A stretch of DNA of 64,000 bases, from NCBI GenBank assembly GCA_036257535.1, contig DATAFJ010000089.1:4839-68838 (forward strand), in the 5' to 3' direction. Position 1 is the first letter of the stretch, and every line of letters starts with the position of its first letter. This document shows, one piece after another, positions 45,625 through 56,087 of the stretch. Source of the DNA: Vicinamibacterales bacterium (GTDB lineage: Bacteria > Acidobacteriota > Vicinamibacteria > Vicinamibacterales > 2-12-FULL-66-21). A program made the translations under genes and the position numbers. Under the pieces are notes generated by a model, which saw only the letters and a list, made by a program, of their open reading frames with translations, was not told the DNA's origin and searched no databases.

Positions 45625-47556
45625 ATGCGGCGTGCCCTCGGGCCGCTTTTCGCGGTCGCGCTGTGCCTTCAGGAAAATGGCGCCGTCGAGCCGCCCTCGA
45701 GCGCGGTACTGGAATCAGTGCCGCCGATCTCGAGGACGATCGCCGACGGCATGAACCGCTTCGCCGATTACCGTACGGCGCACCTGGCGGCCTGGCATCC
45801 GAAGCGCCGCGAGATGCTCATCGCCACACGCTTCGCCAACACCTTCCAGTTTCACCGCGTGGCGACACCGGGCGGCGAGCGGACGCAGGTCACCTCCGAC
45901 GAAGCCGGCGTGGCGCCGATCGGAACCGAGGCGCGCGCGTGGTTCGAGCCCGGCTCGGAACACATCATCTACCTGCGCGACACCGGCGGCAAGCTGGTTC
46001 ACCAGTATTTCCACTACGACCCCGAGACGAAAGAGACCGTCAGGCTGACGAGCGGTGCGGGCCGCGCTACACCAGGCATGTGGTCGCCGAAAGGCGATCG
46101 CTTCGCGTTTACGTGGAACTCGCGCAGCCAGCCGGATTTCGATCTCTACGTGATGGCGCCGGAGGATCCGTCGAGCGTCCGGCTCGTCTCGGCGGTGAAA
46201 GGGTTCTGGCAGGTCCTGAGCTGGACACCGGACGGCGAATCGATCCTCGCGCGCGAGTTTCTCTCGGCGGCGCACAGCCGGTTGTGGATCGTCGACCCGG
46301 CGACCGCGAACAGGCGGCAGGTCTCTCCGGATGATCCGGAACAAGTCTCGTACACAGCGGCGGTCTTCGCTCGAGACGGGAAGTCCGTTTTCGTCGTCAC
46401 GGATCGGAATTCCGAGTTCCTTCAACTCGCGCGGCTCGATCCCGCCGCGCGGACGGTCACGCCGATCGCGGCCGGCATTCGGGGGGACGTCGAGGAGCTC
46501 GCGCTTTCTCCGGACGGCAGGTGGATGGCCCTCACGGCAAATCAGGGCGTCCGGACGCTCCATGTACTCAACGCCGCGACGCGCAAGCCGCGGCCCGGCT
46601 TGAAAGTTCCGAAGGGGGACACGTCAGGGCTCCGATGGCACTCCTCCGGCGAGCTCGGTTTCCAGATCCAGTCGGCGCGTATTCCTTCAGATGTGTTCTC
46701 CTACCACCCGACGAAAAACGCGGCGACGCGCTGGACTTCCAGTGAGACCGGCGCCGTCAAGCCCGAAGAAATGCGCGAGTTCGAGCTCGTGCGCTGGCCG
46801 AGTTTCGACGGCCGGCAGATCTCCGGCATCCTTCATCGCCCCGCCACACGCTTCACCGGCCGTCGGCCCGTCCTCGTCAACATTCACGGAGGTCCGGAAG
46901 AGCAGGCGCGGACGCTGTTCTGGGGACGAAGCAACTACTTCCTGAACGAGGTCGGCGTCGCGATCATCCAGCCCAACGTACGCGGCTCCACCGGATTCGG
47001 CAAAACGTTTCAAAAGCTCGACGACGGACGGCTGCGCGGCGACGCGGTAAAGGACTTAGGGGCACTGCTCGACTGGATTAGCAAGCGTCCGGACCTCGAT
47101 GCCAAACGCGTGTGGCTGATCGGCAATAGCTACGGCGGATACCTCGCGCTTGCGGCGGCGACGAAGTACGGCGATCGGATCCGCTGCGTGTTCGTCGGGC
47201 AGGGCATGTCGAACATCGCGACGTGGCTCGAGAACCAGCCGGCGGACCGCGTCGACCTGCGCCGGCGCGAATACGGCGACGAGCGCGATCCGGAGATGCG
47301 GAAGTTTCTGATCGACGTTTCGCCGCTCCCGCACGCGCAGGACATCAAGATGCCGCTGCTGGTCGTCCACGGCAAGAACGACGTGCAAGTACCGGTCGCC
47401 GAGAGCCGGCAGATTGTCGAGGCGGTCCGCAAGAACGGCGTGCCGGTCTGGTATCTGGTGTTCGAAGACGAGGGACACGCGTTCACTCGGCGCACAAACG
47501 TCGACTTCGTGCTTTACACGTGGGTCGCGTTCGCGAAGGAATTCCTGCTGAACTGA
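45625..47556 (+). CDS. S9-family serine peptidase with an N-terminal beta-propeller.
   Basis: It has PD40-like repeats, the nucleophile block GNSYGGY and HGKNDVQVP. Confidence 0.85.
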   Translation: MRRALGPLFAVALCLQENGAVEPPSSAVLESVPPISRTIADGMNRFADYRTAHLAAWHPKRREMLIATRFANTFQFHRVATPGGERTQVTSDEAGVAPIGTEARAWFEPGSEHIIYLRDTGGKLVHQYFHYDPETKETVRLTSGAGRATPGMWSPKGDRFAFTWNSRSQPDFDLYVMAPEDPSSVRLVSAVKGFWQVLSWTPDGESILAREFLSAAHSRLWIVDPATANRRQVSPDDPEQVSYTAAVFARDGKSVFVVTDRNSEFLQLARLDPAARTVTPIAAGIRGDVEELALSPDGRWMALTANQGVRTLHVLNAATRKPRPGLKVPKGDTSGLRWHSSGELGFQIQSARIPSDVFSYHPTKNAATRWTSSETGAVKPEEMREFELVRWPSFDGRQISGILHRPATRFTGRRPVLVNIHGGPEEQARTLFWGRSNYFLNEVGVAIIQPNVRGSTGFGKTFQKLDDGRLRGDAVKDLGALLDWISKRPDLDAKRVWLIGNSYGGYLALAAATKYGDRIRCVFVGQGMSNIATWLENQPADRVDLRRREYGDERDPEMRKFLIDVSPLPHAQDIKMPLLVVHGKNDVQVPVAESRQIVEAVRKNGVPVWYLVFEDEGHAFTRRTNVDFVLYTWVAFAKEFLLN

Positions 47557-47608
47557 TGGCTACCGCAGCGCTTCGACAGATGTGCGGCGCGATTCTATAA
47601 TTGCGCGT

Positions 47609-48526
47609 ATGGTGATGCTCGCGGTCTTCCTGTCGCTTCAGCTCTCAGCCGCACAAACGCCGTCGGAGACGCCGGCCCCTGCCGACGCGATCTCTCTCGT
47701 CAAGGAAGGGCAGAAAAAGCTCCAGGCGGGGGATGTCGAAGGTGCCGAAGTCCTCTTCCGCAAGGCGTTCGCCCTCAACCCGAGTCTTTACGACGTCAAC
47801 TACGCGCTCGGGCGGCTGCTCGATCTGAACGGGCGCTACGTCGAAGCGCGCGAGCACCTCGATTACGCGCTCGCCTCCGCGGAAGAGGCGCAGAAGCCGC
47901 AGGTGTGGACGGCCATCGGCGTGTCGTGGGTGTTCGAAGGCAAACCGGAGCAGGCGGCCGTCTGGTTTCAGCGCACCTTCGACGCGCAGATGGCGGCCAA
48001 GTCGCTCGACGCGGCGGCGGGAACGGCTAACGCGCTGGCGCGTGTCTATCTCGAAGCGGGCGTTCTCGAGAAGGCGGAGCTGTGGTACCGCACCGGCTAC
48101 GAAACCGCCAAACAGATCGAAAAGCTGACGGCCGATCAGCGCGATCTATGGGACTTCCGGTGGTATCACGCACAGGCCCGGATCGCCGCGCGGCGCGGCC
48201 GGCACGACGAGGCGCGGTCGCACGCGGCGGCCGCCAGGATGGTCCTCGACAAGGGCACCAATCCCGATCAGGCGTCGCAGCTTCCGTATCTCGAGGGATA
48301 TCTCAAGTTTCACGCCGGGGACCATCGGGGAGCGATCGCCAATCTCGCGGGCGCGGATCAGCAGGATCCGTTCATCCTCGGGCTGATCGCTCAAGCGGAA
48401 GAGAAGCTCGGGAACGCGGCCAAGGCGCGCGAATACTACACGAAGGTCATGGCCTCCGGTGCGCACACGATCAACTCGGCCTACTCGCGCCCGCTCGCGC
48501 GGCAGTATCTGGCGGCCGGCCGCTGA
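47609..48526 (+). CDS. Secreted TPR-repeat protein.
   Basis: It has the signal peptide MVMLAVFLSLQLSAA and TPR-like helices. An alternative GTG start is at 47582. Confidence 0.7.
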   Translation: MVMLAVFLSLQLSAAQTPSETPAPADAISLVKEGQKKLQAGDVEGAEVLFRKAFALNPSLYDVNYALGRLLDLNGRYVEAREHLDYALASAEEAQKPQVWTAIGVSWVFEGKPEQAAVWFQRTFDAQMAAKSLDAAAGTANALARVYLEAGVLEKAELWYRTGYETAKQIEKLTADQRDLWDFRWYHAQARIAARRGRHDEARSHAAAARMVLDKGTNPDQASQLPYLEGYLKFHAGDHRGAIANLAGADQQDPFILGLIAQAEEKLGNAAKAREYYTKVMASGAHTINSAYSRPLARQYLAAGR

Positions 48527-49814
48527 GTTCGCCCGAAACCCACCGCCCGACTTCGTCCAGCACGTCGACGATCTCGTTTCGCCGGCGTCCAAGCGCGGCC
48601 CGCGCACGTGCCGATGCCCGGCGCGCCGCCAGGTATCCGCGAACCGCTGCCAGAACGGCCGACTCCCGCTCGATCGCCGCCAGCGACGCGAACGCCACTA
48701 CCGGCAGCAGCGCGACGGTCAGCAGCGCGCCCGCCGCACCGATCGCCCACCACGCCACCAGCGCGATCGCGGCAACCCAGAACAGGTAGACTGCGCCACC
48801 TGCGAAGACCTTGATGGTCGCAGCTTCGTCGAGGTACCGCGCGCGGCCGGCGATCCAATCGGTGACGTGGTACGGAATGAGGAACAGCGCGAAGCCGGCC
48901 AGCATCAGCGGGCTGAGCGCAATCGAAATCAGGCCTTCGCTCATCGCGAATCGCACGGCGGTCGACCGGCGAATCGATCCATCGAGGTCGCGATCGCGCA
49001 GGCCGAAGCGTGCGAGCCTGGCGTCGTAGGTTCGGACACGCTCGGCAATCTGCGAATACCAGCCTGGGTTATCCGCGCGCAGGCGGGTGAGTCCCGCGGC
49101 GATCAGCCGGCGCCGTTCGACACGATCCCGGTCGCGCGCCTCGGGCCTCGCGGACAGATACAGTCGCTCGATTCGGTCTACCAGGGCCGCATCCGCGACA
49201 GGGTCGACTTCGACGAGCACCATCCGCATGGCATGCGCGATCTGCCCGGTCAGCGTCCGAACGTCGTCTCTGTCGCTCTTCGGCGGCATCGTACCGTCGT
49301 CGAGCGGTCGTCCGAACGCGACGGTCGCGCGCGATCGGAACGCCGACTTCCGGTCGAAGTTGAGGCCGACCGGCACGATCGCGAGGTCGATCCCCGCGTC
49401 GCGAGCCTCGATGGCTATGCGCGCCGCGCCCGTCCGGATCGGCTCGAGCCGGCCGGTCGAGTGGCTGGTGCCCTCGGGGAACAGACAGACGGCATCCCCT
49501 GCGGCGAGTGCCGCACGGACGGCGGCGAACATGTCGGCGTTCTTCGACGTATCCGCGGCATCGATCGCGCGATACACCGGTATCGCGCCGGCGGCGCGCA
49601 GGATCGCGCCGAACACCGGGACGTCGAAGAGCGGCGCTTTGGCGAGAAACCTTACGTCGCGTCCGGCCGTCGTCCAGATCACGGCTGGATCGAGCAGCGC
49701 GTTCGCGTGGTTGGCGACGAGCAGGACAGGACCTGAAGGGAGCGGCGGCCCTTGTCGTTCCACGCGGTAATAGGTCCAGGTCGCGGCGCCGGCGAGCCAG
49801 CGCGCCAGCCTCAT
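48471..49814 (-). CDS. PlsC-family acyltransferase with a C-terminal membrane region.
   Basis: The HX4D motif is HANALLD, and FPEGTSH is present. The start overlaps the MFS stop in an ATGA. Confidence 0.8.
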   Translation of the reverse strand: MRLARWLAGAATWTYYRVERQGPPLPSGPVLLVANHANALLDPAVIWTTAGRDVRFLAKAPLFDVPVFGAILRAAGAIPVYRAIDAADTSKNADMFAAVRAALAAGDAVCLFPEGTSHSTGRLEPIRTGAARIAIEARDAGIDLAIVPVGLNFDRKSAFRSRATVAFGRPLDDGTMPPKSDRDDVRTLTGQIAHAMRMVLVEVDPVADAALVDRIERLYLSARPEARDRDRVERRRLIAAGLTRLRADNPGWYSQIAERVRTYDARLARFGLRDRDLDGSIRRSTAVRFAMSEGLISIALSPLMLAGFALFLIPYHVTDWIAGRARYLDEAATIKVFAGGAVYLFWVAAIALVAWWAIGAAGALLTVALLPVVAFASLAAIERESAVLAAVRGYLAARRASARARAALGRRRNEIVDVLDEVGRWVSGELSGRPPDTAARAGASRPS

Positions 49815-51151
49815 CCCCTCGAGGCCTCGCGGCGCCCCTCGTCGACATCGACGCGAGCGAGGATCGCCGCGCCGATGATGAAGAAGCCGACGACCGACAG
49901 GATCGCGTTCCGGCTCGAGCCCGTCGCCGTGATCATGATGCCGAAAATGAGCGGGCCGAGCACGCCTGCGTAGCGTTCGAAGACCCCGAAGAACGCAAAG
50001 AACTCCGAGGACCGCGAGCGCGGGATCATCGACGCGAAAAGGGATCGGCTGAGCGCCTGCGTACCGCCTTGAACGACGCCGACGAGAAGCGCAAGCGCGA
50101 AGAACTGCGCGGCCGTGCGCATGTAGTAGCCGAGCAGCGTGATGCCCACGTAGACGGCCAGGCCGATGAAGATCGCCCGCTTCGCGCTGATCCTCGCCGC
50201 GAGGCGGCCGAAGAGAAACGCGCATGGCACGCCGATGAACTGTGTGATGAGAAGCGCCGTGATCATCGCGCCGCTGTCGAGCCCAATCTCGGTCCCGTAC
50301 GTCGTCGCCATGCGGATGATTGTCTGGATGCCGTCGTTGTAGACCAGGAAGGCGAGGAGCAGCAGAAACGCCTGGCGGTACCGCCGCAACTCGCGGAACG
50401 TCGTCCCGAGGCGGGCGAACGCGACGCGGAGCAGGTATGCGACGTCGAGTCGTCTCGTGGCCGCAGCTGGGCCGTCGCCGGGATCGACGCGCGGTTCCGG
50501 CACGCGCACGAAGATTGGGATTGAGAACAGGGCCCACCACACTGCAACGCTGACGAAAGACAGCCTGGTGGCGACCCCGGCATCGGGGAGACCGAAGAGT
50601 GCCGGCCGCTGGATCATCAGCAGGTTGATGGCGAGCAGCAGTCCGCCTCCGAGATACCCGACGGCATAGCCGGCCGACGAAACGACGTCGAGTGCGTTGT
50701 CGTCGCCCTCAGGAACGAGATAGGGCAGGAGCGATTCGTAGAACACGATGCTTCCCGCCACGCCGACGTTGCCGGCGATGAACAGCCAGAGCGCCAGCGT
50801 CCAGTCGCCAGGGCCGATCCAGTACATCGCGGCCGTCGATACGATGCCTATGCCTGCGAAGCCCGCCAGCATCGGCTTCTTCAACGCCGCGAAGTCGGCT
50901 ATGGCTCCGAGGATCGGAGCCACGATCGCCACGATCAGAATGGCAACCGTCGTGGCCCACGAAAACCACTGAATCGCCTGCGACGCCGGGAGCCCTTCCG
51001 CGGCGACCTTCTGGTAGTAGATCGGGAAGACGGCGGCGACGATGGTCGTTTGAAAAGCGGAGTTGGCCCAGTCGTAAAGAGCCCAGGCTCGAAGGTCAGG
51101 ACGATCAAGGCCGAGCCGCTCGAGCATCAGAAAGTCCTGCGGGCGACCCAC
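49811..51151 (-). CDS. MFS transporter (UMF1/Atg22-like).
   Basis: The product contains YDWANSAFQTTIVAAVFPIYY and about 12 TM helices. Confidence 0.85.
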   Translation of the reverse strand: MGRPQDFLMLERLGLDRPDLRAWALYDWANSAFQTTIVAAVFPIYYQKVAAEGLPASQAIQWFSWATTVAILIVAIVAPILGAIADFAALKKPMLAGFAGIGIVSTAAMYWIGPGDWTLALWLFIAGNVGVAGSIVFYESLLPYLVPEGDDNALDVVSSAGYAVGYLGGGLLLAINLLMIQRPALFGLPDAGVATRLSFVSVAVWWALFSIPIFVRVPEPRVDPGDGPAAATRRLDVAYLLRVAFARLGTTFRELRRYRQAFLLLLAFLVYNDGIQTIIRMATTYGTEIGLDSGAMITALLITQFIGVPCAFLFGRLAARISAKRAIFIGLAVYVGITLLGYYMRTAAQFFALALLVGVVQGGTQALSRSLFASMIPRSRSSEFFAFFGVFERYAGVLGPLIFGIMITATGSSRNAILSVVGFFIIGAAILARVDVDEGRREASRG

Positions 51152-52182
51152 TCGCGGAAAAGCGAGTCGACGACCGCATAGCGGTCCGCCTTGCCCCTGC
51201 TCTCTGGATTGTCGAAGGTTCCACGCGTCAGCACGTCCTCGCGCGCGAGCGCCGCCAGCGCGGCCTGCACGGTGGAGGCGCCGCCCAGGCGATGGCGGCT
51301 CCGCACGTCGGCCGACAGCAGCTCCCGTCCATCCTCGACGACGGCGGCGCGCAGAACGGCGCGCTGGCCGAGCGTCAGCCGCTGCCAGATCGTTTCGAAC
51401 ATCGTGTCCTGTTCGCCGAGGAGGCGTCGGAGCGTCTCGTGCAGATCGTCGAGGCCGATGCGGCGGCGTCCCGCCGCGCGCGCATCGTCCCAGGCCTCGT
51501 GTGCCAGGCGCTGGACATCGTAGGGCAGGTTGCCGGCGAGCTCGACGACCGCCTGGCCGAGCCCCTCGTCCGGCTTGATTCCGGATCGCGAAAAGCGTGA
51601 CTCGACGAAGGCTGCGAACCGATCGGCGGGGATCTTGCCGAGCCGCATCACCGGGCCCGCCTTATAGAACGGCCGGCTCCGCCCGAGCATGCGCTCCATG
51701 AGCGCCGGCTCCGAGCCGGCGAATACATATCCGACCTCGCGCTGGCCCTGAACGGCGGCGCGCAGCGCGTGCTCGACGCTGCCGCCGTTGAACGCCGAGA
51801 TCGCCTGAAACTCGTCGAGCGCGACCGTCAACCGCCGCCTGCGCTCGCGCGCCACCCGCGCCGGCAGCTGGAACACTTCGGTGGCGAGGCGCGACACGTC
51901 GCGCGCCGTGCGCGCCTGCGGGAAGAGGATCTCGAGTGTGCCCGCGCGGACGCGGACGTCCGGCTTCACGGCACCGAGCAGATCGCGGACCCAGGCGCGG
52001 GCGCGATCGAGCCGCGTCTCGATCGACACGAGCGCCTTCGCGTATCCCTCGAGGAATGCGACGTAGGAGCTGTAGCTCGAGACGGTGACGTCAACGGCGA
52101 GCGCGCCGTGTCGCTCGCAGGCGCGGAGCGCGTGGCGGATGAGCGACGACTTCCCGTAGCGCCGCGGGGAGATCAGAAACAC
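51127..52182 (-). CDS. AAA-type ATPase (Arch_ATPase-like) with a C-terminal winged-helix-like region. The true start is probably upstream.
   Basis: The P-loop is SPRRYGKSSL and Walker B is VALDEFQ. The conserved-looking N-terminal block NPFVYGEITPIAAFVDREAELDRL lies in-frame upstream of the first GTG, with no ATG, GTG or TTG. Confidence 0.75.
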   Translation of the reverse strand: MFLISPRRYGKSSLIRHALRACERHGALAVDVTVSSYSSYVAFLEGYAKALVSIETRLDRARAWVRDLLGAVKPDVRVRAGTLEILFPQARTARDVSRLATEVFQLPARVARERRRRLTVALDEFQAISAFNGGSVEHALRAAVQGQREVGYVFAGSEPALMERMLGRSRPFYKAGPVMRLGKIPADRFAAFVESRFSRSGIKPDEGLGQAVVELAGNLPYDVQRLAHEAWDDARAAGRRRIGLDDLHETLRRLLGEQDTMFETIWQRLTLGQRAVLRAAVVEDGRELLSADVRSRHRLGGASTVQAALAALAREDVLTRGTFDNPESRGKADRYAVVDSLFREWVARRTF

Positions 52183-52297
52183 CTTCTGTCCGTCGAGCAG
52201 ATCGCGGCCCAGGCGATCGAGCTCGGCCTCGCGGTCGACGAACGCGGCGATCGGCGTGATCTCGCCGTAGACGAAGGGGTTCCCGGTTGCTCTGCGG

Positions 52298-52338
52298 GTT
52301 ACGTTGAAAGCCGTAATGGTTACGGAGTTTAACGTAAC
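52298..52338. promoter_or_regulatory. AT-rich nested palindrome.
   Basis: The outer repeat is GTTACGTT...AACGTAAC and the inner is CCGTAA-TGG-TTACGG. It spans the stop of the M28 gene and the 5' region of the ATPase frame. Confidence 0.4.
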
Positions 52339-54599
52339 AGCCCTGCGGGATCAACGATCCACACCGACCACGTCTTCCACACGCTCCGGTCCGACGTCAG
52401 CCACGCCGGGACGGCGCCGCCCGCGGCGCCGGGGAGCCCGTGCCGGACGATCACCACCTTCAGCCCGCCGGCCCGCCGGCCGGCCGGCAGCGTCGCCGTC
52501 CACGCGATGCCCTCCGCCGGCAGGCCCGCCCACCGCGCCATCCAGCGGCCCCGCCGCACGAGGCCCGGCAGGTTCGAGGCGATCGGACGGACGCCGTCAG
52601 GCATGACGATGGTCACGTCGAGGGCCGGTTCGCTCGGTGTAATGCGGAGTGTCATCGTCATGGTCGCTTCGTCGAACGTCAGCGACGCGCTCGCCGGCGC
52701 CGGGTTCGGATCCGCGGGCCCGCGGTAGACGAACGGGAACGACAACGAAGGAAGGGGAAGGCTCGCCGGCGGCGGATCCGAGACCGCCGCCCAGCCCGAC
52801 GGTGCTCCGGTTCCGATATCGAGTTCCGGCTCGAGGCTTGCGACTTCCAGGGATGCGCGGCCGCTTGCGGCGTCGTGGACGTAGCGTGCCTCGCGGCGAA
52901 GCGGCCGCTCCGCAGTGTACGCGGGCGCCATCCAGGCCCAGGCAAGCGTGCCCGCGCCGGCGGCCAGCGCCACGGCCGTCGCCCCCGCTGGCCGCAGCAG
53001 GCGACGGCGGCCGATGACGATGGCCACCATCGGCGGCCCGAGCATGACGCCGGCGAGCGTGAGAAGCGTTGGATAGATCCATGCCGGAGTGACGATCGGC
53101 AGTCGTCCGAACATCGGCACCGTGAACATGACGAGCGCGGCGAGATTGTCGAGCCAGAGCACGGCGACGATGGCCAGAACGACCGCTGACGCGGACCGGA
53201 TCGCGGCCGTCGAGTGCGGGAGGAACATCAGGAGAACGCCAGCCGTTCCCAGCGGAATCGTCCACAGGTAGGCGGAAAGCGGCGCCGCCAGCGCCATGGC
53301 GGCCGCGAAGAGGATCCAGATCGGCAGCGCCACGGTCCAGACGAGCGCGGGGTGTCGCACACCGTGCCACTGCTGCGGCAGCAGTGCACCCGCCCGCGCG
53401 GCTCCCCACCCGACGATCGCGCCTGCCGCCGCGAGGTAGAGCAGCAGCCGCTCGGGGTGCGCGTACCACGGATGGTACGTTTCGCGCGAGCCGCGCAGCG
53501 CGATGGCAGCGAGCGTCATCGCGGCGAAGACCGCGATGGAGCCGGCGTGTGTCCAGAGCGCGCTGAACGCAACGCGGCCCGCGCCGCCGATGCGCACGCT
53601 CGTGAGCGCGGCTCGATACCAACCCAGCAGACCAGCGCCGAGCGCGCTCAGCGTAATGATCGCCGACGTCAACGGTCCGAAGGCGGCCGCGGCGGTACGA
53701 ACGATGTCGAAGTACACCGGTTGATCGATGTTTCGCGGCGCGAGGTCGCGATGGTCGAGCGCGCGTGCCGTGGCCACGACGTTCTCGCCGGTCTGACGAA
53801 TCGTGTCGTCGCTCAGCCGCTCCGCCGTGTCTCGCGCCGTGTGATAGCTGTAGCTGTCGCCGATCGGCGCGAAGTTCAGGCCGGGCGCTCCGGTCCGCTT
53901 CAGGATCGAGAAATCCGTGTCGTTGGGCAGACGCCGGTAGATGTCGGTGGCGAACGAGGCGCCGCGGGGCCGGGGCGCAGCGCGGGCCCAGACGCCTGTC
54001 AGCCACCCGTTGCCGGGCCCGGTTTCGAACAGCAGCGAGGGACCGCTCGAGCCGATCGAGTCGATGTTGATGTAGGTCGCGATCCGGTAGGCGATGTCGC
54101 GGTCGGCCGCGGCCGCGGCCGCTCCGAGAAGGCCGGATTCTTCGCCGTCGGTGACGAGGACCATCAGGCTGTACTGCGCCGCCGGCCTGGCTGCGAGCAC
54201 TCGGCCCGCCTCGACGGCGACAGCCGTCCCGAACGCATCATCGGTGGCGCCCGGCGATTCGGGCACGGAATCGTAGTGCGCCACGAGTGCGATCGCTTCG
54301 GGGCGGCGGCCCGGTTTGATCGCGACGATGTTCGAGACACGTGCGGTGAGGCCGGCTTCCGGCCGTCGGGCGTCGCTCGTCCTGACGCGAACGTCGGGGA
54401 ACCCCGCCTTCCGAAGCGCCTCGACGAGGTACGCGCGCGCACGGGCGTTGGCGGGTGATCCAAGCGGTCTCGGGCCGATGTCGCGCGCGAGCACGTCGAC
54501 GTGGGCACGGGCGTTTGTCGTGGAGAAGTCGGAAGCGGGCCGCGGCGCGCACGCTGTGCAGGCCGCGGCCAGGACGATCGGGAGGGCTGCGCGCCGCAC
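52329..54599 (-). CDS. M28-family aminopeptidase fused to a polytopic membrane domain.
   Basis: It has a lipoprotein-like N-terminus, the M28 blocks VAHYDSV and GATDDAFG, and eight or more TM helices. Confidence 0.85.
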   Translation of the reverse strand: MRRAALPIVLAAACTACAPRPASDFSTTNARAHVDVLARDIGPRPLGSPANARARAYLVEALRKAGFPDVRVRTSDARRPEAGLTARVSNIVAIKPGRRPEAIALVAHYDSVPESPGATDDAFGTAVAVEAGRVLAARPAAQYSLMVLVTDGEESGLLGAAAAAADRDIAYRIATYINIDSIGSSGPSLLFETGPGNGWLTGVWARAAPRPRGASFATDIYRRLPNDTDFSILKRTGAPGLNFAPIGDSYSYHTARDTAERLSDDTIRQTGENVVATARALDHRDLAPRNIDQPVYFDIVRTAAAAFGPLTSAIITLSALGAGLLGWYRAALTSVRIGGAGRVAFSALWTHAGSIAVFAAMTLAAIALRGSRETYHPWYAHPERLLLYLAAAGAIVGWGAARAGALLPQQWHGVRHPALVWTVALPIWILFAAAMALAAPLSAYLWTIPLGTAGVLLMFLPHSTAAIRSASAVVLAIVAVLWLDNLAALVMFTVPMFGRLPIVTPAWIYPTLLTLAGVMLGPPMVAIVIGRRRLLRPAGATAVALAAGAGTLAWAWMAPAYTAERPLRREARYVHDAASGRASLEVASLEPELDIGTGAPSGWAAVSDPPPASLPLPSLSFPFVYRGPADPNPAPASASLTFDEATMTMTLRITPSEPALDVTIVMPDGVRPIASNLPGLVRRGRWMARWAGLPAEGIAWTATLPAGRRAGGLKVVIVRHGLPGAAGGAVPAWLTSDRSVWKTWSVWIVDPAGLLR

Positions 54600-54619
54600 G
54601 CGCCGGTTTATATCACGAG

Positions 54620-55372
54620 CTACTGCCGGATCCGGACGTCGCCGCTGAAGGTCTTGAAGCGCAGCTCGTTGCCGCCGCGTGCGTTCAGCGTGCCGTTGAA
54701 CCGCTTCCTGCCGCCGCTGCGCGTCGTCAGGGGAAGATCGCTCGAAAAACCTCCGCTGAACGAATTGAACCGGACGTCGCCGCCGGCGTCGCCAGGCACG
54801 CGCGCCTCGATGTCACCACTGAAGGTCTCGGCGTCGATTTCTGGCGCCCCTGCAGACGCCGACAGATCGAGATCGATGCTGCCGCTGAACGAATTCAGCG
54901 TGAATGGGCCGGTGCCGTTCCTGACGGTAATGCCGCCCGAGAAGGTGTGCAGCTTCTGCGCCCCTTCGACGCCGTCGATCGTCACGTCGCTCGAGAACGC
55001 GTCGAGATCGATCGCGGTCTGAGCGGGGACGGAGATTTCGAAGTCCGTCTTGACGACGTTTTCCTTGTCGTTGTCATACGACCTGTCTCGACGGTTGGCA
55101 TCGATCCGCAGCGTCGAGCCGTCGACCCTGATGTCGAGCTTGATACGGTCGAGCCGATCGCGGGTGGCCGTCCGCACAGCCTTCACGACCACCTGGTCGC
55201 CGCCGGATCCACTGATCCGGATGTCGCCCGAGAAGTTCTTGAGCACCAGCGAACCGCCGGACGCGAACGGGATTGTCCGGTCCACGCGTTCGGTTTCCCT
55301 GGGCTGGGCAGTCGCCTGGGAAGACGCAAGCGTGACGGCGAGACAGGCGGCGAGCAAGATTCTCGTATGCAT
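54620..55372 (-). CDS. DUF4097-like beta-helix (putative adhesin) protein.
   Basis: It has a signal peptide and repeated SG(D/G)I motifs (FSGDIRI, FSGGITV, FSGSIDL, FSGDIEA, FSGDVRI). Confidence 0.75.
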   Translation of the reverse strand: MHTRILLAACLAVTLASSQATAQPRETERVDRTIPFASGGSLVLKNFSGDIRISGSGGDQVVVKAVRTATRDRLDRIKLDIRVDGSTLRIDANRRDRSYDNDKENVVKTDFEISVPAQTAIDLDAFSSDVTIDGVEGAQKLHTFSGGITVRNGTGPFTLNSFSGSIDLDLSASAGAPEIDAETFSGDIEARVPGDAGGDVRFNSFSGGFSSDLPLTTRSGGRKRFNGTLNARGGNELRFKTFSGDVRIRQ

Positions 55373-55403
55373 GTCCGTTCTCCAGACTTCCGGATAGACG
55401 GGA

Positions 55404-56087
55404 TCATCGGTCGAAAGGTTGCAGGCGCCCTGTATAGAGCGCCATCCCGACGACGGCGTCGACCTTCATCGCGTCCAGCCGGTTGATCTCGTCCAGAGTT
55501 GTAATCCCGCCGGCTGCGGCGAGGCGTCCGGTGGCCGCCGCCCGAACGCGTTCTACCGCTGCCATATCGATGCCCTGCATCAGGCCTTCGGTGTCGACGT
55601 GGGTATAGAGGAAACCTCCCACCGCCGGATCGAGTGCGCGGACCGCGCCGACCGTGGTGATATCGACCTGTTCGCGCCAGCCTCGGACGACGATACGCCC
55701 GCTCCTGCTGTCGACGGCGGCCACGAGCCGTTCTCGACCGATCGCTGCGGCAAACCGGTCGGCCGCGGACGGGTCCGGCCGGCCGTCAGAAAACAGCGCC
55801 GAGCCGACGATGACCTCGCGCGCACCCAGGTCAATGAGTGCGCCCGCCTGTACGCTGGTCCGCACGCCTCCACCGATTCGGCACGGCAACTCGCGCAGGA
55901 TTCGTGCCGCGAGCCCGGCGTTCGCTCCGAGCCCGCGCGCGGCGTCCAGATCGATGAGCTGCACGAGCGGATACTTTCGCAGCCGCTCGATCCAGAGATC
56001 GATGTCGTCGGTCGCGATCGCCAGCCGCTCGCCCTGCACCAGCTGCACGATCCGCCCTTCGCTGAGATCGATCGAGGGAATCAGCAC
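55404..56087 (-). CDS. hisA: ProFAR isomerase.
   Basis: The product begins [19 protein letters not shown], contains GGGVRT, and sits in the his operon. Confidence 0.85.
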   Translation of the reverse strand: MLIPSIDLSEGRIVQLVQGERLAIATDDIDLWIERLRKYPLVQLIDLDAARGLGANAGLAARILRELPCRIGGGVRTSVQAGALIDLGAREVIVGSALFSDGRPDPSAADRFAAAIGRERLVAAVDSRSGRIVVRGWREQVDITTVGAVRALDPAVGGFLYTHVDTEGLMQGIDMAAVERVRAAATGRLAAAGGITTLDEINRLDAMKVDAVVGMALYTGRLQPFDR

